From the NCBI GenBank assembly GCA_000434055.1, contig HF999647.1:48251-112250 (forward strand): a DNA stretch of 64,000 nucleotides. Direction: 5' to 3'. Positions within the stretch are counted from its first letter, which is position 1. Each line of letters opens with the position of its first letter. The DNA is from Ruminococcus sp. CAG:488 (GTDB lineage Bacteria > Bacillota > Clostridia > Oscillospirales > Acutalibacteraceae). Of this stretch, positions 1-9,467 are shown piece by piece. The translations under genes and the position numbers were made by a program. The notes below the pieces were generated by a model. That model saw nothing but the letters and a program-made list of their open reading frames with translations. It was not told the DNA's origin and searched no databases.

Positions 1-797
1 ACAAGCTTCACGGAGAATCTTGCGATATGGAAAGACTTTGTGCAGAGCTTATCAATCATTACAGAAATCTGATGATGATTAAGACGGTAAAGGAACCGCA
101 AAAACTGATTGTATGTACGGATCACGATCTTGAGCTTTATAAAAAACAAGCTGACAAAACGAATCTTTATAAAATACTTAACTGCATTTCTTTGCTTGAA
201 GAAGCTTCAACTGTGTTAAAAACCAGTTCAAGCAAGCGCACTGAAATGGAACTTACGGCAGTTAAAATGACTGTGCCGAATATTTCAAGTGACAATACTG
301 CCGTTATGAGCAGAATTGATAACCTTGAAAGAATTATTAAAAGCGGAAAATTTTCTGCCGAAAAACCGACAGAGAGTTTTAAAGAAGAAGTTAAAACTTC
401 TCAGCCCATTATACAGGAAAAAGATTCTGAGTCTTCCGACACTCCGCCTGAAATTCACAGCGATCTTCCGACAAACGAAACTCCCAATGATACCGAAGAG
501 GATACGCTTTTTAACCAATGGGGTGAGGTGCTTTCGCTCCTTGATGTTTCAGATAAGCCTCTTACAGGGATTCTCGGAGCTTCAACGGCATATGTCAGAG
601 GAGATTTTATTCTCATTAAATGTGACAATCCGGTATTTTCACAGTTCATTCGTCAGAGCAATCATTCAATGGCAATTCGTAAAGCGGTTTTTGACGTAAC
701 AGGCAGAAAATACAGACTCGGAATTTACAAATCAAATGATAATCAACCAACTAACAAGGATCCGCTTGCCGACCTGATAAAAAAGATCAACAGGTGA
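1..797 (+). CDS. dnaX: DNA polymerase III subunit gamma/tau, C-terminal part (5' end lies outside the window; reading frame is open from base 3)
   Basis: The frame is open from the window edge. The tail has a C-terminal-domain-like helical pattern followed by an acidic, S/T-rich linker, and the gene is immediately followed by the conserved ybaB-recR pair (with an inserted GT2 gene between them). Confidence 0.6.
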   Translation, partial: KLHGESCDMERLCAELINHYRNLMMIKTVKEPQKLIVCTDHDLELYKKQADKTNLYKILNCISLLEEASTVLKTSSSKRTEMELTAVKMTVPNISSDNTAVMSRIDNLERIIKSGKFSAEKPTESFKEEVKTSQPIIQEKDSESSDTPPEIHSDLPTNETPNDTEEDTLFNQWGEVLSLLDVSDKPLTGILGASTAYVRGDFILIKCDNPVFSQFIRQSNHSMAIRKAVFDVTGRKYRLGIYKSNDNQPTNKDPLADLIKKINR

Positions 798-1777
798 TTA
801 TTATGTCTCCTAAAATCAGCATAATTATTCCTTCATATAACGAAGAAAAAAATATTTCCCGTTGTCTTGACTCTGTTATGAATCAGACGTTTTCCGATTT
901 TGAAGTTCTTTGCGTTGACGACGGAAGTAACGATAAAACATTTGATATTATAAAAAAATATTCTGAAAAAGACAGCAGAATTATTCCGATGAAGAATCCT
1001 AATAAAGGCGTTTCATCGGCAAGAAATTTCGGCATTGAAAACGCAAAAGGCGATTATATCGGATTTGTTGATTCCGATGATTTTATTCAGCCGCAGATGT
1101 ATGAATTTCTTTACAAAGCCGTTACGGAGAATAACTGCGATTTTTCTGTTTGTCGATATAAAAAAACATCTGAATTTATTCAGAAAAAATTTGAATATAA
1201 AACAGATACTTTTAAACCTGAAAATTTTATAAGCTTTTACGATTCTGAATTTACAAACAATAATGAACTTGTGTTTTCCTCGGCATGTACAAAATTGATT
1301 TCAAAAAAATTTTTAAATGATATTAAATTTAAAAATTACAAAATCGGTGAAGATACGGTTTTTAATTCTGAGATTTATTCAAAAGCAGAAAAGTTTATTT
1401 TTATTGATGCCGAGTTGTATATTTATTTTAATAATACAAAAAGTGTCAGTTTCACAGAGCTTTGGAATGAAAAATGGTTTGACCTTCTTGAAACAAGATT
1501 TATTTCATACGACCTTTTAAAAGAAAAAAATAAAATTCTTTCGGCATTTTATCTTGAGCGAGGAATGAAATTTTTGCTTTCTTATCGCTTTAATTTAAAA
1601 GGCTCGCCAAATGAAAATAAATTTAAAAAACCGATAAAAAAATATTTTAAAAAATATTATATGGCCTTTATGAAATGTGAAAACATTTCTTTAAAAAATA
1701 AAATTTCTGTTCCTATTTTTTTTCTGTTTCCATTTTTATATAACAAGTTCAGAAAAATGACGGACAAAACACTTTAA
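794..1777 (+). CDS. Family 2 glycosyltransferase (GT-A fold)
   Basis: N-terminus IIIPSYNEEKNISRCLDSVMNQT...VLCVDDGSND...GFVDSDD matches the GT2 signature (DxD motif, DDGS). The gene is very AT-rich and Lys-rich and overlaps the dnaX stop. Confidence 0.8.
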   Translation: MIIMSPKISIIIPSYNEEKNISRCLDSVMNQTFSDFEVLCVDDGSNDKTFDIIKKYSEKDSRIIPMKNPNKGVSSARNFGIENAKGDYIGFVDSDDFIQPQMYEFLYKAVTENNCDFSVCRYKKTSEFIQKKFEYKTDTFKPENFISFYDSEFTNNNELVFSSACTKLISKKFLNDIKFKNYKIGEDTVFNSEIYSKAEKFIFIDAELYIYFNNTKSVSFTELWNEKWFDLLETRFISYDLLKEKNKILSAFYLERGMKFLLSYRFNLKGSPNENKFKKPIKKYFKKYYMAFMKCENISLKNKISVPIFFLFPFLYNKFRKMTDKTL

Positions 1778-1795
1778 TTTGAAAGGATAATTACA

Positions 1796-2128
1796 ATGAA
1801 AGCAAGAATACCGGGTGCTCAGAATCAGGGCAACATGATGAAAAAAATCCAGCAGATGCAGGAAGATATGACAAGAATTCAGGAGGAGATTGAAGCAACT
1901 GAATATACTTCTTCCGTAGGCGGCGGAGCTGTTGAAGTTACAGTAAACGGCTCTCATGAAGTTCTTTCAATAAAGATGCAGCCCGACGTTGTTGATCCGG
2001 AGGATATTGAAATGCTTGAGGATCTTCTTATTTCAGCACTTAACGAGAGCATTAAGAAAGCAAACGATGCCATGGATCAGGGCATGGAAAAGGCAAAGGG
2101 CGGACTTTCAATTCCGGGACTGTTTTAA
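1796..2128 (+). CDS. ybaB: YbaB/EbfC-family nucleoid-associated protein
   Basis: About 110 aa with the typical [10 protein letters not shown]...[16 protein letters not shown] pattern, in the canonical position between dnaX and recR. Confidence 0.85.
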   Translation: MKARIPGAQNQGNMMKKIQQMQEDMTRIQEEIEATEYTSSVGGGAVEVTVNGSHEVLSIKMQPDVVDPEDIEMLEDLLISALNESIKKANDAMDQGMEKAKGGLSIPGLF

Positions 2129-2130
2129 AA

Positions 2131-2730
2131 ATGGCACGTAATGTTATTCCTCTCACAAATCTAATTGAGCAGTTTGAACGTATGCCCGGAATCGGTCATA
2201 AGAGCGCACAAAAACTTGCTTTTTATATTCTCGGAATGTCTGATGATGAGGTAAAACGCTTTGCTGAAAATATTATCCTTGCAAAGCAAAAAATTCATCA
2301 TTGCAAGGTCTGCTGTGATTTGACCGACAGCGATATTTGCTCAATCTGCAGTGACGAACGCAGAGACCGTTCGGTTATTTGCGTTGTCGAATCTTCAAAG
2401 GATGTTATCGCAATTGAGCGCACCCGTGAATATAACGGGCTTTATCATGTTCTTCACGGTTCAATTTCTCCGATGAACGGCATCGGACCCGATGAAATTA
2501 CAATCAAGGAGCTTCTCTCCCGTCTTTCCGATGAAAACATAAAGGAAATTATTATGGCAACAAATCCGACTGTTGAGGGCGAAGCGACAGCAATGTATAT
2601 TTCACGTCTTATTAAGCCGATGGGTATTAAAGTCTCTCGCCTTGCATACGGTGTGCCGGTCGGTGCCGACCTTGAATATGCTGACGAAATAACGTTAACA
2701 AGAGCGCTTGAAGGCAGACAAATATTGTAA
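2131..2730 (+). CDS. recR: Recombination protein RecR
   Basis: Has a helix-hairpin-helix region ([12 protein letters not shown]), a C4 zinc finger ([17 protein letters not shown]) and a Toprim domain. Length is 199 aa. Confidence 0.9.
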   Translation: MARNVIPLTNLIEQFERMPGIGHKSAQKLAFYILGMSDDEVKRFAENIILAKQKIHHCKVCCDLTDSDICSICSDERRDRSVICVVESSKDVIAIERTREYNGLYHVLHGSISPMNGIGPDEITIKELLSRLSDENIKEIIMATNPTVEGEATAMYISRLIKPMGIKVSRLAYGVPVGADLEYADEITLTRALEGRQIL

Positions 2731-2733
2731 CAG

Positions 2734-2888
2734 TTTTCCACACTTTCTTTAACATTCTTTCAACAGCTTTCAACTTTTCAACACTGTTATTTAATTAACA
2801 AAATTTTCAACAAAAAAATAAACACATTTTCAACAAGAAATATTATCCTTAATCGACGTTGTTTCAACAAATTTTCTTGTTTTCCACA
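2734..2888 (+). promoter_or_regulatory. Cluster of at least 8 same-orientation DnaA-box-like 9-mers (TTTTCCACA, TTTTCAACA, TTATCCTTA variants)
   Basis: Motifs start at 2734, 2757, 2775, 2805, 2827, 2843, 2861 and 2880, each 0 to 2 mismatches from TTATCCACA. The first and last are the best match, TTTTCCACA. Confidence 0.55.
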
Positions 2889-2896
2889 CTTTTAAC

Positions 2897-2945
2897 AGGC
2901 CCTACTACTAATACTATAATATTTATATTATTTATTTATCTCAAA
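2897..2945 (+). promoter_or_regulatory. GC clamp (GGCC) plus DnaA-trio-like CTA repeats (CTACTACTAATACTA) plus an AT-rich unwinding stretch, immediately upstream of dnaN
   Basis: The order box, GC-rich spacer, repeated trinucleotides, AT-rich run reproduces the basal unwinding architecture described for Bacillus oriC. Confidence 0.45.
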
Positions 2946-2965
2946 ACCCGACAGGAGGAATTTTA

Positions 2966-4087
2966 ATGAAATTCGTATGCGAAACGTCAAGTCTTTCGGT
3001 AGCATGCCAAAATGTACAAAGAGCGGTATCAACAAAGTCATCTATTCCCGGAGCGGAGGGTATTATGATCAAGACTACCGTTAACGGACTTTCGCTGACA
3101 GGCTACGATCTTGAAATCGGAATCAACACAAATATTTATGCAAAGGTTGAGGAAGAGGGAGCAATTATTATTAACGCAAAGATTCTTTGCGAGATACTCC
3201 GTAAAATTCCCAATCAAACCGTAATATTTGAATCTGATGAAAGAAATCTTGCCGTTATCAGAAGCGGTGACATTAAATATGAAATAATGGGAATTTCTGC
3301 CGAAGAATATCCCGAGCTTCCTACGGTTCAGGGCGGATTTACAATAAATCTTAATAAGAAGCAGCTTGAAGAAATGGTTAAACAAACTATTTTTGCCGTT
3401 GCCGTTACAGACACAAAAGTTGTTTATACAGGTATTAAGTTTGAAATTTCAGATAATGAGCTGAAGCTTATCGCTGTTGACGGCTTCAGAATGGCAATCA
3501 GAAAGGAATTTATTGATTATAAGGGTGAGGATATAACCTTTATTGTTCCTGCAAAAACCATGAATGAGATAATCAAAATTTCAGTTGAGGAAGAAAACGA
3601 AGAAGAGACGGAAATTTCAATCGGAGTAGGCAAGCGTCACATTGTTTTTGAAGTAAACGGCTACAGCGTTATTTCAAGACTTCTTGAAGGAGAATTTCTC
3701 AATTATAAACAGACGATACCGACAACGGCAATGACAACGGTTGAGGTTGATACAAGAAGTCTTATAGAAAGCATTGAGCGTACTTCTCTTATTATCACGG
3801 ACAGAACAAAGAGTCTTATAAACTGCGTATTTGACACAGATTTTATCAGAATATCAAGTATAACGTCATTAGGAACAGCCAGCGACAAGGTAAGCGCAGA
3901 TGTTGAGGGCAGCAGAGTTGAGATAGGTTTTAACAATCGTTACTTTATAGAGGCTCTCAGAGCCTGTAACACAGACAGGGTTAAAATTATACTTAACGGA
4001 GCGGTTTCTCCGATACTTATTCTGCCGACAGAGGGCGACAGCTTTACATTCCTTGTACTTCCCGTGAGGTTGAAGAAAAATGCTTAA
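2966..4087 (+). CDS. dnaN: DNA polymerase III beta sliding clamp
   Basis: 373 aa with three-domain clamp homology (MKFVCETSSL...LNGAVSPILILP) and a strong RBS (GGAGGA). Confidence 0.92.
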   Translation: MKFVCETSSLSVACQNVQRAVSTKSSIPGAEGIMIKTTVNGLSLTGYDLEIGINTNIYAKVEEEGAIIINAKILCEILRKIPNQTVIFESDERNLAVIRSGDIKYEIMGISAEEYPELPTVQGGFTINLNKKQLEEMVKQTIFAVAVTDTKVVYTGIKFEISDNELKLIAVDGFRMAIRKEFIDYKGEDITFIVPAKTMNEIIKISVEEENEEETEISIGVGKRHIVFEVNGYSVISRLLEGEFLNYKQTIPTTAMTTVEVDTRSLIESIERTSLIITDRTKSLINCVFDTDFIRISSITSLGTASDKVSADVEGSRVEIGFNNRYFIEALRACNTDRVKIILNGAVSPILILPTEGDSFTFLVLPVRLKKNA

Positions 4088-4331
4088 CAACAGAAAAATA
4101 AAGCTCAAAATAAAAGAAAAAGAAGTAATTGAAAAACATATAACAACAGAGTTTATAAGACTTGATGCTTTTTTGAAGCTTTGTGATGCGGTTCAGTCCG
4201 GCGGCCATGCAAAAATCGTTATTCAGGACGGTGAAATAAAGGTCAACGGCGAAATCTGCGAGCAGAGAGGAAAAAAACTTCGGGTAGGAGATAAGGTTGA
4301 ATTTGAACACAAAATTTATGAGATAATATGA
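4080..4331 (+). CDS. yaaA: S4-domain RNA-binding protein YaaA
   Basis: 83 aa small S4-like protein overlapping the dnaN stop, in the canonical position between dnaN and recF. Confidence 0.7.
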   Translation: MLNNRKIKLKIKEKEVIEKHITTEFIRLDAFLKLCDAVQSGGHAKIVIQDGEIKVNGEICEQRGKKLRVGDKVEFEHKIYEII

Positions 4332-4341
4332 GAAGCCGACT

Positions 4342-5433
4342 ATGAATATTGAAAGAGCTGTTATAAAAAATTTTCGTAACATTGAAAATATGGAGTTTGA
4401 GCCGAGTAACGGAATAAATGTTATTTACGGTGAAAACGGACACGGAAAAACAAATATTATCGAAAGCATCTGGCTTTTTACCGGATGTAACAGCTTCAGA
4501 ACAAGGAAAAATACGGAGCTTATAAATAAAAAATCAGAAAGCTCAGAGCTTTTTACCGAGTTTAATTCAAACGGCAGACATCAGGAAGCAAAGCTCATAA
4601 TTAAAGAAAAAAAAGAGGCATATTTAAACGGTATAAAACAAATTTCACCGAGAAAATTTCTCGGCGAATTTCAGGCTGTTGTTTTTTCTCCGTCTGTTCT
4701 TTCCGTAATAAGAGATGGTCCGTCGGAAAAAAGAAAATTTCTTGACATTGCAATAAGTCTTATAAGACCTAATTATGCCGCATTGCTTTCAAAATATAAC
4801 AAAACGGTTATACAAAGAAATTCGTTATTAAAGCAGATCGGCACCGAAAAAAAAGGCGAAGATTTGCTTTTTGTTTTTGACGAAGAACTGGCGAGGTGCG
4901 GCGGCAGAATAATTGATTACAGACTGAAATATCTTGATGATTTGAGCAATGCCGCTCCTAAAATTTATTCAGAGATTTCAAACGGCAGAGAAATTATGAA
5001 TATTTCTTACATAAATTCGCTTAAAGAAACGGGATCAAATAATGTCGAATGGTCTGAAATTCTTTATAAATATCTTTCTGAAAACCATGAAAAGGACATT
5101 ATAAGACAAGCTACATCCTTCGGACCTCATAAGGACGATCTTGAAATTTTTCTTGACGAAATGAATGTAAGAAATTACGGTTCACAAGGTCAACAACGCT
5201 CATGTGCACTTTCTTTGAAAATCGGCGAAGCAACAATATTAAATAACATTTCCGGTGAACAGCCTGTTGCGCTGATGGATGATGTAATGAGTGAGCTTGA
5301 CGAAAACAGACAAAAATTTTTAATGAAATTTTTTGACGGATGGCAGGTTTTTGTTACCTGCTGCGATCCGTCTCACAGAAAAAAAATAAAATCCGATAAA
5401 ATATTTGAAATTTGTGACGGAAGGATAGTATAA
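4342..5433 (+). CDS. recF: DNA replication and repair protein RecF
   Basis: Has a Walker A motif (GENGHGKTN) and the SMC-like signature region. Length 363 aa, located downstream of dnaN. Confidence 0.9.
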   Translation: MNIERAVIKNFRNIENMEFEPSNGINVIYGENGHGKTNIIESIWLFTGCNSFRTRKNTELINKKSESSELFTEFNSNGRHQEAKLIIKEKKEAYLNGIKQISPRKFLGEFQAVVFSPSVLSVIRDGPSEKRKFLDIAISLIRPNYAALLSKYNKTVIQRNSLLKQIGTEKKGEDLLFVFDEELARCGGRIIDYRLKYLDDLSNAAPKIYSEISNGREIMNISYINSLKETGSNNVEWSEILYKYLSENHEKDIIRQATSFGPHKDDLEIFLDEMNVRNYGSQGQQRSCALSLKIGEATILNNISGEQPVALMDDVMSELDENRQKFLMKFFDGWQVFVTCCDPSHRKKIKSDKIFEICDGRIV

Positions 5434-5434
5434 A

Positions 5435-5713
5435 ATGTTTCTTCATCTCGGTCAGGATACGGTTATTATAGAGGACGACATAATAGGTATATTTGATCTT
5501 GACACAACGACGGTTTCAAAGCCGACAAGAGATTATCTTAAAACGATGCAAAAGGGCGGAAATGTTGTAAATGTCAGCTATGATTTGCCGAAATCATTTA
5601 TTATTACCTGCAAAAAAAAATCAAAGAAAAAAACAATGTTTATATCACCTATTTCCACAGCAACGTTATTAAAACGATCTGAAAATGTTAATTACCTTAA
5701 AGATATAAAATAA
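5435..5713 (+). CDS. DUF370 family protein (YaaB/RemB-like)
   Basis: N-terminus MFLHLGQDTVIIEDDIIGIFDLD matches the B. subtilis YaaB/RemB family, which conventionally follows recF. Confidence 0.65.
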   Translation: MFLHLGQDTVIIEDDIIGIFDLDTTTVSKPTRDYLKTMQKGGNVVNVSYDLPKSFIITCKKKSKKKTMFISPISTATLLKRSENVNYLKDIK

Positions 5714-5731
5714 CAGAAAGGATAAGCTAAA

Positions 5732-6571
5732 ATGAAAACAGGAATCATTGACTGCGGCGGCGGGCTTAGAGATATATACGGCGCAGGTGTTTTTGACTTT
5801 TGTCTTGATAATAATATTCCGTTTGATGTTGTAATCGGAATTTCTGCCGGCAGCGCAAATATTGCTTCATTCATTTCAGGTCAGCGCGGAAGAAATTACC
5901 GTTTTTATTATGAATATCCTTTCAGAAAAGAATACATGAGTTTTGAAAATTTTATAAATAAAAAATACTATCTTGATCTTGATTATGTCTATGGAGAATT
6001 GAGTAACAGCGGCGGAGAAAATCCTTTTGATTTTGAAAAATTCAGTGAAAATAAATGTGAAAAATATATTATTGCAACAGATGCAAAAACAGGTAAGGCA
6101 CAATATTTTAATGCCAATGAAATGGATAAAAACAATTATTGGATGTTGAAAGCATCTTCGTGTATTCCGGTAGTTTGCTCCCCTGCTGTTGAAAATGATG
6201 TAAGATATTTTGACGGGGGTTTGAGTGATCCGATACCGATCAATTTTGCGATTGAAAAAGGCTGCGAAAAAATTGTTGTTATTTGGACAAAGCCTATTAA
6301 CGATATGGGAAATTTTAAACTTGATGAAATGGCAGGGCATGCTTTAAAAAAGAATTATCCAAATATTTCTAAGGACCTTTTAAACAGAAAGAAAAAGGTT
6401 GAAAAAGCCTTGGAATATGCAAAAAAATTGAGAGATGAAGGAAAGGTTTTGATTGTAAGTCCCGAGAGTATAGGAAAAATGAGTACACTTACTAAAGATA
6501 AAGAAGCACTTGACAGGCTCTATAAAATCGGATATTCCGACGCTGAGAAAATAATTGATTTTATAAAATAA
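5732..6571 (+). CDS. Patatin-like phospholipase
   Basis: Has a glycine-rich oxyanion motif (DCGGGLRDIYGAG), a GxSxG nucleophile motif (GISAGSA) and a DGG catalytic Asp motif. Confidence 0.8.
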   Translation: MKTGIIDCGGGLRDIYGAGVFDFCLDNNIPFDVVIGISAGSANIASFISGQRGRNYRFYYEYPFRKEYMSFENFINKKYYLDLDYVYGELSNSGGENPFDFEKFSENKCEKYIIATDAKTGKAQYFNANEMDKNNYWMLKASSCIPVVCSPAVENDVRYFDGGLSDPIPINFAIEKGCEKIVVIWTKPINDMGNFKLDEMAGHALKKNYPNISKDLLNRKKKVEKALEYAKKLRDEGKVLIVSPESIGKMSTLTKDKEALDRLYKIGYSDAEKIIDFIK

Positions 6572-6576
6572 AAATA

Positions 6577-6614
6577 AGGCTGTGACGAAACTTTAAAATT
6601 TCGCCGCAGCCTTT
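6577..6614. terminator. Bidirectional intrinsic terminator between the patatin gene (+) and PHP paralog 1 (-)
   Basis: Inverted repeat AAGGCTGTGACGAAA...TTTCGCCGCAGCCTT (one wobble pair, one mismatch) flanked by T/A runs. Confidence 0.5.
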
Positions 6615-6628
6615 CTTATTATATTCTA

Positions 6629-9262
6629 TTATCCCATATTTGCAACTGCATTTGTCAGCAATGAATATGCAGAAGAAATATCATTTGATGTTGCAGACGG
6701 ATTACCGAGAACCGTTCCTGCATTCATGAGCGCAGTTGAATAAGCGTTGAAAGCAGTGGTGCTGTAATCTGCCGAATTATAGGCAGCCAAAATCGCAGCA
6801 TTATAAGCAGTTCGGAGTTCAGTCTTATTTACATAATTTGCATTGATCGTTATGTTATAGTAATTGTTATTTTGTCTTTTTCCTCTGAGCGTGATTGTGT
6901 AAGCGGAAATTGTAAGTTTCTTTGTGCCTTCCGTGCCAAGCTTATTCTGATAATTGAGACTGTTATTATATGCACAACCAACCTTAGCTGAAAGATTTGT
7001 TATTGTTGTTGTCGAACCGTCAACAGTCTGCTTGATATATCCGGAAGCAACGTCGTCGCCCTCAATATCGCACTGCCAATAACCGATTTTAAGATTCGGA
7101 ATTTGATTAAGATTTGTTACACGGCTTGAGTCAACATAGATTGTACCTGTTCCGCCGTTAACGGTGTGAGAATCTTTTGCATTTGATTTATGGCTCCAGC
7201 TTCCGTATTCAACGCCGCCGTTAGTCGTCTTTGTAAACCAATCGCCTATACCTGTATTTGATGAAGGAGCTGAATTCGTAAAGAAATTCTTTTTACAAAT
7301 ATATGAACCGCCTGTTACATTGCTAAAGCCAATTGCATAAAGAATACCCTGATTGAAAACGTCTTTGCTATATGTATGAGCCTGTCTTATTCCTGCGCCG
7401 ATTTCATTTGTATTCGGTGAGTAAACATATGAATAAGCCGTTGCTGTTCTCTTTTCACCGTTTTTAAGGGTATATGTTGCAGTCCAAGTTATTGTTTTTC
7501 CCGAACCTGCGGCAGGTGAAGAATAAAGCTTACCGGATGAAACAGATGTTGAAAGAGTTCCGTTTGATGAGCTGTTTCCGTTTGTATAGCTGACTGTTGC
7601 GTCGCTTACAGAAATGCTGACATCTGTTGCTTTATCGCAATTGAAGAAAATGTTACCTGTTGTTTTAGTTGCACTGTTTGAAAGTGAACCGTCAACCTTA
7701 TTCTCTCTGTCAACATAATATTGGAATGACTTTGTTGAAGAATTTGTGTAAATGGTTTCGGGAACATAGAATGTTGTTGTTACAACACCTATATCTGCTT
7801 TGAGTTCAACATTGATTTTAATCTGAAGTCCCGCATTTACAGAAGCCTGAGAAATGCTGAAGCTTCCTGTTTTTGTCTCAAAACCTGTTCTTGAAGCTGT
7901 GTAAGTATAGTTGCCTGCACCGAGCTTATAATAATTATCCGAGTTGCAAGCTTTGATAACATTGCCGTTTGAGTCCTTAACGGTTACAGATGTGTCTGTT
8001 GAAGGAAGAATAAACTGTACAGTGCTTATTTTTGTATCGGACTTTGTTACAAGGAACGGTTGAGCATAGCAGATACCGCCGTCGCCGAGAACATAAAATC
8101 TGACATATGAACCGATTTCGTTTTCAAACTCATTAAGATCAAATGTTATTGTTTCGTTGTCACGGTTAACCTTCTTTTCGGCAACAACCTTGCCGTCGGC
8201 AACCATTTTTACAACATTTGCATTGTACGGGTTAATGCTGATCTGATTTGTCTCTTTATCAACATTAACTCTGCTGATCATCGGAAATTCACCTTGTGCC
8301 TCAAATCCGTCACCAAGCTCTTGCTCGGTTTTCGCAGTTTTTGAGCATGCAAAGAAGGTTCCGTTTTCCATGCTTGTGCGAATATTTGCCTGAGTATTCT
8401 CGGGCATAACAAAATACTGAGCATTATTTGCAACATCGCCGAAATCATGTGCATCATCTTCGCAGAAGCCCCAAATGTTTCTTCCGAGAGGTGCGGTACG
8501 CTTGAGAGTTTCGTCATAAAGATAGCGGTCATTGTGAGTTCTGTTATCCTTTGTATTGACAAGCTCCATACCGATACATGCCGAGTAATTTAAGAAAAGC
8601 TTTGAAAACTTTGTTACAAACTCAGTATTATAAGTATTTATATCATGTCTGCCCTCTGTCCATTCGCCGACATGGTTGATGTGACAGATACCGCCGGCAG
8701 CCTGACTTTTTTTAATTGCACCCTCGGGCCATTTTGCATCAAGCTCAAGGTCACCGTGACCGCAATCCGCATAATAGCTGTTAACATGGCATTTTGTGGT
8801 TGATGCACCGTTAAGCTCAATACCGAGAGGAATCTCGGTCATACCGTCGCCGCCTCTGTCTGAGCCTGTTGTAATCTGCTGATATCTTTCTTCGGAAAGC
8901 TCATCAATATTTCCGTGTGAAAGATACTGATATCCGAAAATTGAAAGACGTGTCTGATCCTTTGTCCAGGAATAGTTAACTGTACCGTGGTCTGTAAGTG
9001 CAAGAGCCTGGTAGCCGAGTGAATAATATTTCTCAATCATATCGTCAAGTTCAATATCGCCGTCGCTTCTGACGGTATGAACATGAGTTGCGCCCTTATA
9101 TGCCTTCCAGGTGTCCCAATTTACTGTTTCATACGGATTGGTGATATCAAAATCATATTTGCCTATTATGTCGTATGAGGAAGCAAAGGCTGTTGCCGGG
9201 ATATAAGCAATCATGGCAACAGCCATCATTACACTGAGAATTACAGATAATATTTTACGCAT
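6629..9262 (-). CDS. Secreted PHP-domain metal-dependent phosphoesterase, paralog 1, with a roughly 470-aa S/T-rich beta-rich C-terminal extension
   Basis: Signal peptide MRKILSVILSVMMAVAMIAYIPATAFA (start at 9262 chosen because of the GGAGGA RBS; the track ORF extends to 9304). PHP motifs HVHTVRSDGD and ALTDHG are present along with many conserved His. Strongly similar to the ORFs at 10026..12089 and 61428..62894. Confidence 0.75.
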   Translation of the reverse strand: MRKILSVILSVMMAVAMIAYIPATAFASSYDIIGKYDFDITNPYETVNWDTWKAYKGATHVHTVRSDGDIELDDMIEKYYSLGYQALALTDHGTVNYSWTKDQTRLSIFGYQYLSHGNIDELSEERYQQITTGSDRGGDGMTEIPLGIELNGASTTKCHVNSYYADCGHGDLELDAKWPEGAIKKSQAAGGICHINHVGEWTEGRHDINTYNTEFVTKFSKLFLNYSACIGMELVNTKDNRTHNDRYLYDETLKRTAPLGRNIWGFCEDDAHDFGDVANNAQYFVMPENTQANIRTSMENGTFFACSKTAKTEQELGDGFEAQGEFPMISRVNVDKETNQISINPYNANVVKMVADGKVVAEKKVNRDNETITFDLNEFENEIGSYVRFYVLGDGGICYAQPFLVTKSDTKISTVQFILPSTDTSVTVKDSNGNVIKACNSDNYYKLGAGNYTYTASRTGFETKTGSFSISQASVNAGLQIKINVELKADIGVVTTTFYVPETIYTNSSTKSFQYYVDRENKVDGSLSNSATKTTGNIFFNCDKATDVSISVSDATVSYTNGNSSSNGTLSTSVSSGKLYSSPAAGSGKTITWTATYTLKNGEKRTATAYSYVYSPNTNEIGAGIRQAHTYSKDVFNQGILYAIGFSNVTGGSYICKKNFFTNSAPSSNTGIGDWFTKTTNGGVEYGSWSHKSNAKDSHTVNGGTGTIYVDSSRVTNLNQIPNLKIGYWQCDIEGDDVASGYIKQTVDGSTTTITNLSAKVGCAYNNSLNYQNKLGTEGTKKLTISAYTITLRGKRQNNNYYNITINANYVNKTELRTAYNAAILAAYNSADYSTTAFNAYSTALMNAGTVLGNPSATSNDISSAYSLLTNAVANMG

Positions 9263-9467
9263 TGAAATTCCTCCAATTTTTTTCCTTATCAAATAGAATA
9301 TCACTATTAAACAAAATAGTCAATAATCTTTAATAATAATTCTCAAAATTATATTTTATGCACAAATAGTTACTTTTACTATCAATATGTGATGATAAAA
9401 TTATGACCTGATGTTGAAAATTTTATAATTATATGATAATATTCTAATCTGTAAAAGGAGCATTGAA

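Noticed and set aside
2734-2888. Possibility that the repeated TTTTCAACA units are a CRISPR array or mobile-element terminal repeats
   Set aside because: The units are 9 bp with irregular 9 to 20 bp spacing, there are no spacer-like unique segments of uniform length, and there are no cas genes. The pattern fits DnaA boxes.
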